In this document: piece by piece, positions 59,190-64,000 of the stretch | Layout: the number at the start of each line of letters is the position of its first letter | Position numbering within the stretch: position 1 is the stretch's first letter | Source of the DNA: a virus | IMG/VR virus record: IMGVR_UViG_3300045988_169405 | Length of the DNA stretch: 64,000 nucleotides | Strand: one strand, 5' to 3' | Position numbers and translations under genes: made by a program | The notes under the pieces: generated by a model | Databases searched by the model: none | Seen by the model: the letters and a program-made list of their open reading frames with translations, nothing else | Told to the model about the DNA's origin: nothing

Positions 59190-59285
59190 GATGTCCAGCC
59201 TTTCGGTAGATAGATAGTGAACTTGTTACTAGGGGTACCCCCTCTAGGGTATTCCTAGAAGGGGGCGTACTGTATCCAGGGCGGC

Positions 59286-59612
59286 TTACATGTAAGCCTT
59301 GAGATTTACAGCCTTAAGGTGCTCGCTCACACTCTGGAGGTCGCGAACCTCGTTTAGGCGTGCTTCATAGATGCCGTCAATATCAAGCTCACGGATAGCC
59401 TCCTGGTTTTCCTTTGCATTGGCAAACATGTCACGGTAAGCGCGTCCCTCGACATAGAGCGAGATGCGGATTTCTTCACCCTTTTCAACAGCTTCAGAGA
59501 TGCCAAGCTTTTCGCCCAGGAGTGCCATGTCACCGGCGGCGTGCATCAGGCGGTCGAGCTTGAGGCTCATTTTGAACATGTCGTTTGCCTTTGCCTTGTA
59601 TGCTCTGGACAT
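59286..59612 (-). CDS. hypothetical protein (108 aa)
   Basis: promoter 59681-59738. Confidence 0.55.
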   Translation of the reverse strand: MSRAYKAKANDMFKMSLKLDRLMHAAGDMALLGEKLGISEAVEKGEEIRISLYVEGRAYRDMFANAKENQEAIRELDIDGIYEARLNEVRDLQSVSEHLKAVNLKAYM

Positions 59613-59680
59613 TTTCGGTACCCCTTTCGGTGGGTGAATAGTGGAAGTAGCTTTAGGGGTTATCCCCTTGCTATACTTCC

Positions 59681-59738
59681 ATTATGGCACACCCTAGCCT
59701 GGTGCGCAAGTCGAAACCATATGAAATGAATCACATTG
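59681..59738 (-). promoter_or_regulatory. conserved promoter module
   Basis: copy. Confidence 0.55.
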
Positions 59739-59963
59739 TGGTTTTTTAATCCAGGGCTCCACATATTTAATGCCTAGAAATTTCATTAGGTAGGCACCTG
59801 TCCACCATCTATACCCACGCCATGCATGAACTTCATATTTACTCATTCGTTTCACCTGATAACAGGGAAAGCTCTTATACGCCAGGGTGGAAGTCAAAGG
59901 TAGTATTAGGGCGGTCTTATCTAGGGGGTTCATGGTACACCTGTTCTTTCGGCAAGCAACTAC

Positions 59964-60010
59964 CCCCTCACTCTTCGTCTATCTGCGAGGTCTTTGTAAG
60001 AGTGAGGGGG
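59964..60010. terminator. 13-bp stem hairpin CCCCCTCACTCTT...AAGAGTGAGGGGG
   Basis: inverted repeat. Confidence 0.45.
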
Positions 60011-60100
60011 TGCAATGAAATTCGTTCCTATGAAACTGTCAGTCGTGTCGGGGAATAACTGACAGTTTCATTATAACTGTAACTGGATTGCTGGGCAACC

Positions 60101-61033
60101 TTAAATGTTTTCCTTATATTCCGCTACTAGGTTCGGGTCATGTAGCGGCGACTCTTCAAGGGCACTAATTGATTCCTTGATGCGTTCCTGGAAACTCTTT
60201 AGGTGTAGCTCTGTTTCTTCGAGCATGTCTAGCAGGTGACTAAGTTCGGCGTTTAGCCCGTTGTGGGTTCGCTTGAGGATTGTTTCGCCAATGTTGGAGG
60301 TGTCGCCATTGAGTCGTGCTACGTCGATTGCGTCTAGTACGTACTTGTCCATGATTTCTACGACATGGGTTTTACCAATGGTGCTAGTCAGCTGTATCGC
60401 TAGGCTGTTGAAGCTAGAGGAGTTTAGTATACCCTGTGCGTGTTCTAGTGCGGCATGGGCGGTAACATCTAGAGGTAGCACGTCGCAGAAGTGCTGAACG
60501 TTTTCTACAATGTCGGCAGGGTTGGTGATGCTATCGTATGCGTCATTCAGCGCCACAATGTAGTCAGCGTATCCTACGTTAAGTACGGCGGCTTCCTTGT
60601 ATACGGCGGTGAATACACCCTTGACAATACTATTGTCAGCGTCACTATTGAATCGCCCGTATGCGCCCGGTACACAGCCGTGAATAGGGGTAGGGTCGCC
60701 TGGATTGATGGGGGCACCTAGCGGGTATACTACAACCGCCTCACCGCCATAGGTAGGGGTTTCAGTGTCACCGTAACCTGTGGGGGTTATACTGACCTGC
60801 GGGGTTTCGTATTCGCCGGTGGTTTCGTTAAGGGCGGCGGTTAGGGTGATAATTTCGTGGTTAGTTTCGGTACTGGCTTCCAGAGTGCTGGGGGTTACCT
60901 TAGTGACCGTGAGAATGTGCGCGGTATGCACCTTTAGCTCACCCGGCTTAGGGAAGCGGGTTCCCTTGTCCTGCGGTTCGTCTTTGATGGTGACTAGGAT
61001 TCCGTCGCCTTCGTGAATGTCGTTAGGTCGCAT
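60101..61033 (-). CDS. hypothetical protein (310 aa)
   Basis: ORF. Confidence 0.6.
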   Translation of the reverse strand: MRPNDIHEGDGILVTIKDEPQDKGTRFPKPGELKVHTAHILTVTKVTPSTLEASTETNHEIITLTAALNETTGEYETPQVSITPTGYGDTETPTYGGEAVVVYPLGAPINPGDPTPIHGCVPGAYGRFNSDADNSIVKGVFTAVYKEAAVLNVGYADYIVALNDAYDSITNPADIVENVQHFCDVLPLDVTAHAALEHAQGILNSSSFNSLAIQLTSTIGKTHVVEIMDKYVLDAIDVARLNGDTSNIGETILKRTHNGLNAELSHLLDMLEETELHLKSFQERIKESISALEESPLHDPNLVAEYKENI

Positions 61034-61181
61034 AGTTGCCGTGGTTCCTTTCGGGCGTGTTTTGATTGCGTATATGCTAATACCCCCTAGCTTATCACAA
61101 TAAGGGGTATTCGTCTAGAGTTATGTGCAATATCCCCCCTATGGTGGGTAGAGTCCATAGGGGGGCGCTAGGGGGGTTGGG

Positions 61182-61700
61182 TTATTCGGTACCCAGCACT
61201 TCGTTGCCCTTCTTCTTGGCGTCTTCGTAGCGGTGCAGGAGGGTCTTAAATTCACGCTCGAAGATGCGCGCCTTCTTCTTGTGTGCGTTCAGGGCGGCGG
61301 TGAGGCGTGCTACCTTCATTTCTTCGAGGCTGGTCATGCCCTTCTCTTCGTAAGGTTCGGTAGCGAAGTCGCCACTACGGATTTCCTTAATGTCGTCGGT
61401 TGCAACCACGCGGTAGAGGTTTACACGGTTTGCGAACTTGTGGAGGTCGGTTACAAGCTGGCTGGACTCGATAGAGTGCCCCAGCTTGTCATCACTGAAA
61501 ACGTCGCTGTCGATAGCGTCCGCGAAACCCTTACCGTAAGAGCGAACCAAGGTATCCAACTGCATACGGTTCGGCTGGCGCTGGAATACATTAGCGTGCG
61601 CGCGGGCAATGATTTCCCAGTCGGTCATGCGCTTCAACGCCTCGCTACCGATACGGTCTGTGAGGGTGTTGATGGTGTCATTCAGGTTTGCGGTCTGCAT
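61182..61700 (-). CDS. hypothetical protein (172 aa)
   Basis: promoter 61770-61830. Confidence 0.55.
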   Translation of the reverse strand: MQTANLNDTINTLTDRIGSEALKRMTDWEIIARAHANVFQRQPNRMQLDTLVRSYGKGFADAIDSDVFSDDKLGHSIESSQLVTDLHKFANRVNLYRVVATDDIKEIRSGDFATEPYEEKGMTSLEEMKVARLTAALNAHKKKARIFEREFKTLLHRYEDAKKKGNEVLGTE

Positions 61701-61769
61701 GATGTCCAGCCTTCCAGTTGGTAGATAACGAACTGCACTCTAGGGGGTTTCCCTAATGCCTTATATAAC

Positions 61770-61830
61770 TATTATGGCACAATAATCACCCCCATGCAAG
61801 CCAGAACTATGTGAATTAGCCCACATAGAG
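61770..61830 (-). promoter_or_regulatory. conserved promoter module
   Basis: copy. Confidence 0.6.
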
Positions 61831-61851
61831 GTTTAGGGGGCTGGTTATGGG

Positions 61852-62232
61852 TTAGAGCAATTCCCTAGCGGCGGGCACAAACTTAGCCGTGAACGCTAGA
61901 ATCAAACCGTAACCGATAGCAAAGTTTGTGACATAAGAAGTAATTACAAGAGGGGGTGCAATGAGTATATTGCCAAGCCCAACGTAACCCAATGCCCCAA
62001 GAGTTATCGGGGTAAGGGCAACAAATGAAAGAATGGCAACCAAAAAAGCTAGGAATAGTGAAGTAAACCCAAGAAGTTTAAACTTATCCCCCGCCTTATC
62101 ATCAACCAAAAAAGCTAGGCACCCAAATAGGGCGACGACTAGACCGGGAATTACAAAAACAAGCCATGCAAGAAAATTCATGGGGAAACTTGCAGGGTGT
62201 ACAGCGCTTACAGTATCTATCAAGGTGTTCAT
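61852..62232 (-). CDS. small membrane protein, MFVD-like family
   Basis: FLAWLVFVIPGLVVALFG motif. Confidence 0.5.
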   Translation of the reverse strand: MNTLIDTVSAVHPASFPMNFLAWLVFVIPGLVVALFGCLAFLVDDKAGDKFKLLGFTSLFLAFLVAILSFVALTPITLGALGYVGLGNILIAPPLVITSYVTNFAIGYGLILAFTAKFVPAARELL

Positions 62233-62310
62233 GTGGTTATTATATACAAAAAGCCCTTATGGGTGCTAGGTATAGTACCTAACACCCATAAGGGGGGGCA
62301 TAAGAGGGTA

Positions 62311-62601
62311 TTAGCCCTGAAGCTTTTCCAGGTGCTTAATGAACGCCCGCGCTACTCCATTCGCCTGCATGTCGATAAGCTCGCCACCCTTACCCCAGCC
62401 GTATGCGGCGAGCTTGCAGTTTTCGTTATCGCCCTTGATTACCTCTACCTCCAAGGTAATATCCGAAAAATCAGTGCGAACATGGCACTCGCCAATGGAC
62501 TCGGCGGGGTTGAACTTCGACATGTGCTCTTCCAGCTTGTCAATGCCACGGATTGCACGGTTAGGAACCATGATGGTAACTTCGTGGTTTGCATTGGTCA
62601 T
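62311..62601 (-). CDS. hypothetical protein (start MTNANHEV)
   Basis: promoter 62668-62728. Confidence 0.55.
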   Translation of the reverse strand: MTNANHEVTIMVPNRAIRGIDKLEEHMSKFNPAESIGECHVRTDFSDITLEVEVIKGDNENCKLAAYGWGKGGELIDMQANGVARAFIKHLEKLQG

Positions 62602-62667
62602 GATTAGCACCTTTCGGTAGACAGTGGAACTAGCTTTAGGGGTTATCCCCTTGCTACATTTCTATTA

Positions 62668-62728
62668 TGGCACAACAATAACCCCCATGCAAGTTAAAAC
62701 CGTGTGAATTAGCTCACATAGGGGTTAG
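62668..62728 (-). promoter_or_regulatory. conserved promoter module (GTGTGAATTAGCTCACA)
   Basis: copy. Confidence 0.6.
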
Positions 62729-62919
62729 GTAGTGAGTACTGGGGGGGGAATATGGAGGGTTTGCCGCTTACTCGATAGATAACACCCCTTATAGGGCTTA
62801 GTATCCCATAGGGGGCGCTCTACGCCTCTTAGGGGGTTATATTACCCCTTGGTGTACCACTTTTACCACCTAATCACTTAGGGGGCTCTATGGGGCTTCC
62901 AGGGGCTAATGAGGGGGTA

Positions 62920-63309
62920 TTAGGGGATATTGGTTAGCTCGGGGTTGAGCACCTGATATTCCTCCCCATTTTCGGGCTTCGTGTATTTTAGGGAATAGAA
63001 GGTAATCCAACCGTCACAGGTTCGCTCTTCGTCGGTATCATCTTCTTCCATTTCCCAGCACACTTCACATTCGCGCCTGTATTCAGCGACGGTTAGGGTG
63101 CCAATAAGGTTACCGTTAGCGTCTTGCAGGGTGATGCAACCTGGGGTGGATTCGCTGACATATCCGGTCATGTAGTATGACTTGTCATCTTCATAGAAGA
63201 AGTCGAGGCGGTCGCCGGGGTTCAGGGATGGGATAGTGTCGGTCATGTAGCCGAGCTTAGCCCATTCCTTAAATTCCTGGGCGGTAGTGGTAGCGGCGTG
63301 CTTACTCAT
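62920..63309 (-). CDS. hypothetical acidic protein
   Basis: ORF. Confidence 0.55.
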   Translation of the reverse strand: MSKHAATTTAQEFKEWAKLGYMTDTIPSLNPGDRLDFFYEDDKSYYMTGYVSESTPGCITLQDANGNLIGTLTVAEYRRECEVCWEMEEDDTDEERTCDGWITFYSLKYTKPENGEEYQVLNPELTNIP

Positions 63310-63428
63310 GGTGTGGTTCCTTTCAGGGGGGGTACTGTGTTTAGGTGCTCTTGATTGCTTGTGGGTCAGGGGTTTACCCCCCCCCTTGGTTTCCCAGGGG
63401 GGGGGGGTATCTATCTACCTTTTACGGC

Positions 63429-63908
63429 TTACGCGCCGTAAAGCTTCTGCCATGCGCGGACGGCATGGTGGTGGGCGGTCACGCCGGCTTCGTAACCATT
63501 CTCAGTGAAAGCCTTGATTGCGCCTTCCTGAAGGTTTACATCACTTGCTACGCGGTCGGTGCGAATCTTGAACATTGCGAGGTGACCGTTAGCGTCCGCC
63601 GTGTTGAAGGTTGAATCTTCGATACGTGCGTTGAAGACCTTAGCGGCATCAATCAGCTCTCGACCTGCTTCTACAAGGTTATCCATGATAGCCTCTACAG
63701 CGTGTTCGGCGGTGTAGGAAGCGACGAATCGGTCGGTCTTAGTAGCGGTGGTGTAAGGAACCTGTGCCTCGGGGTCGTTCGCCATTGCCGCGTGAAGCGC
63801 CTCAGCCTTGGCTAACAGCTCTGCGCGCTTACCGTCAATCTCATTAAGAAGCTCGCGAACCTTAGCGATTGCGTTTGCCTTAGCGGATACAACGTTTGCG
63901 TTAGTCAT
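63429..63908 (-). CDS. hypothetical protein (start MTNANVV, GGAGG RBS)
   Basis: promoter 63975-64000 (partial). Confidence 0.55.
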   Translation of the reverse strand: MTNANVVSAKANAIAKVRELLNEIDGKRAELLAKAEALHAAMANDPEAQVPYTTATKTDRFVASYTAEHAVEAIMDNLVEAGRELIDAAKVFNARIEDSTFNTADANGHLAMFKIRTDRVASDVNLQEGAIKAFTENGYEAGVTAHHHAVRAWQKLYGA

Positions 63909-63974
63909 GATGAACAACCTCCAAATAGGAAAAAGGGGGAAAATCTGTAGCTCTAGGGGTTTCCCTATCGCCTT

Positions 63975-64000
63975 ATATAACTATTATGCCACACTCTAGC
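63975..64000 (-). promoter_or_regulatory. conserved promoter module (truncated by the window end)
   Basis: partial copy. Confidence 0.4.

Noticed and set aside
59694-59933. 79-aa minus-strand ORF
   Set aside because: It starts inside the conserved promoter module of 59286-59612 and spans an AT-richer noncoding spacer; no leader or RBS.

Overview
This window reads as a phage or phage-like early/accessory region: about 53% GC, ~80 mostly small ORFs almost all on the minus strand, and no recognisable capsid or tail genes. Its architecture is modular, with a conserved ~130-nt cassette ahead of roughly 25 genes. Each cassette has a CRP-like TGTGA-N6-TCACA palindrome, a sigma70-type promoter (TTGCAT-N17-CATAAT), a conserved leader with a GGGG-AUAA-CCCC hairpin and a GAAAGG RBS. 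The preceding gene usually ends in a GC-rich palindromic hairpin terminator. Features I can support from the sequence:
- A Ro60/Rsr-like TROVE+vWA protein (520-2121), with three tandem ~235-bp repeats upstream that carry a tRNA T-arm-like motif and covarying hairpins (candidate Y-RNA/YrlA-like ncRNAs).
- An ATP-dependent RNA ligase-like nucleotidyltransferase (KxDG; 13860-14990).
- A minus-strand array of 15 canonical tRNAs plus 3 aberrant tRNA-like genes (20538-23659).
- A PspA/IM30 homolog (9591-10364) and a flotillin/SPFH protein (31151-32728).
- The only plus-strand gene, an IS605-family TnpB (6444-8021), inserted in AT-rich DNA flush against the 3' end of a phage gene.
- An iteron-like direct-repeat region (4640-5060).
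- A ~130-bp structured element present twice about 11 kb apart, with a compensatory hairpin.
- Several paralogous families, including tandem duplicated [small membrane protein]+[large protein] cassettes, a 4-member Cys-containing secreted family, and a beta-helix-repeat family.
- A frameshift at a C6 tract, and intergenic poly-G/poly-C tracts.
Most proteins have no assignable function from sequence alone.
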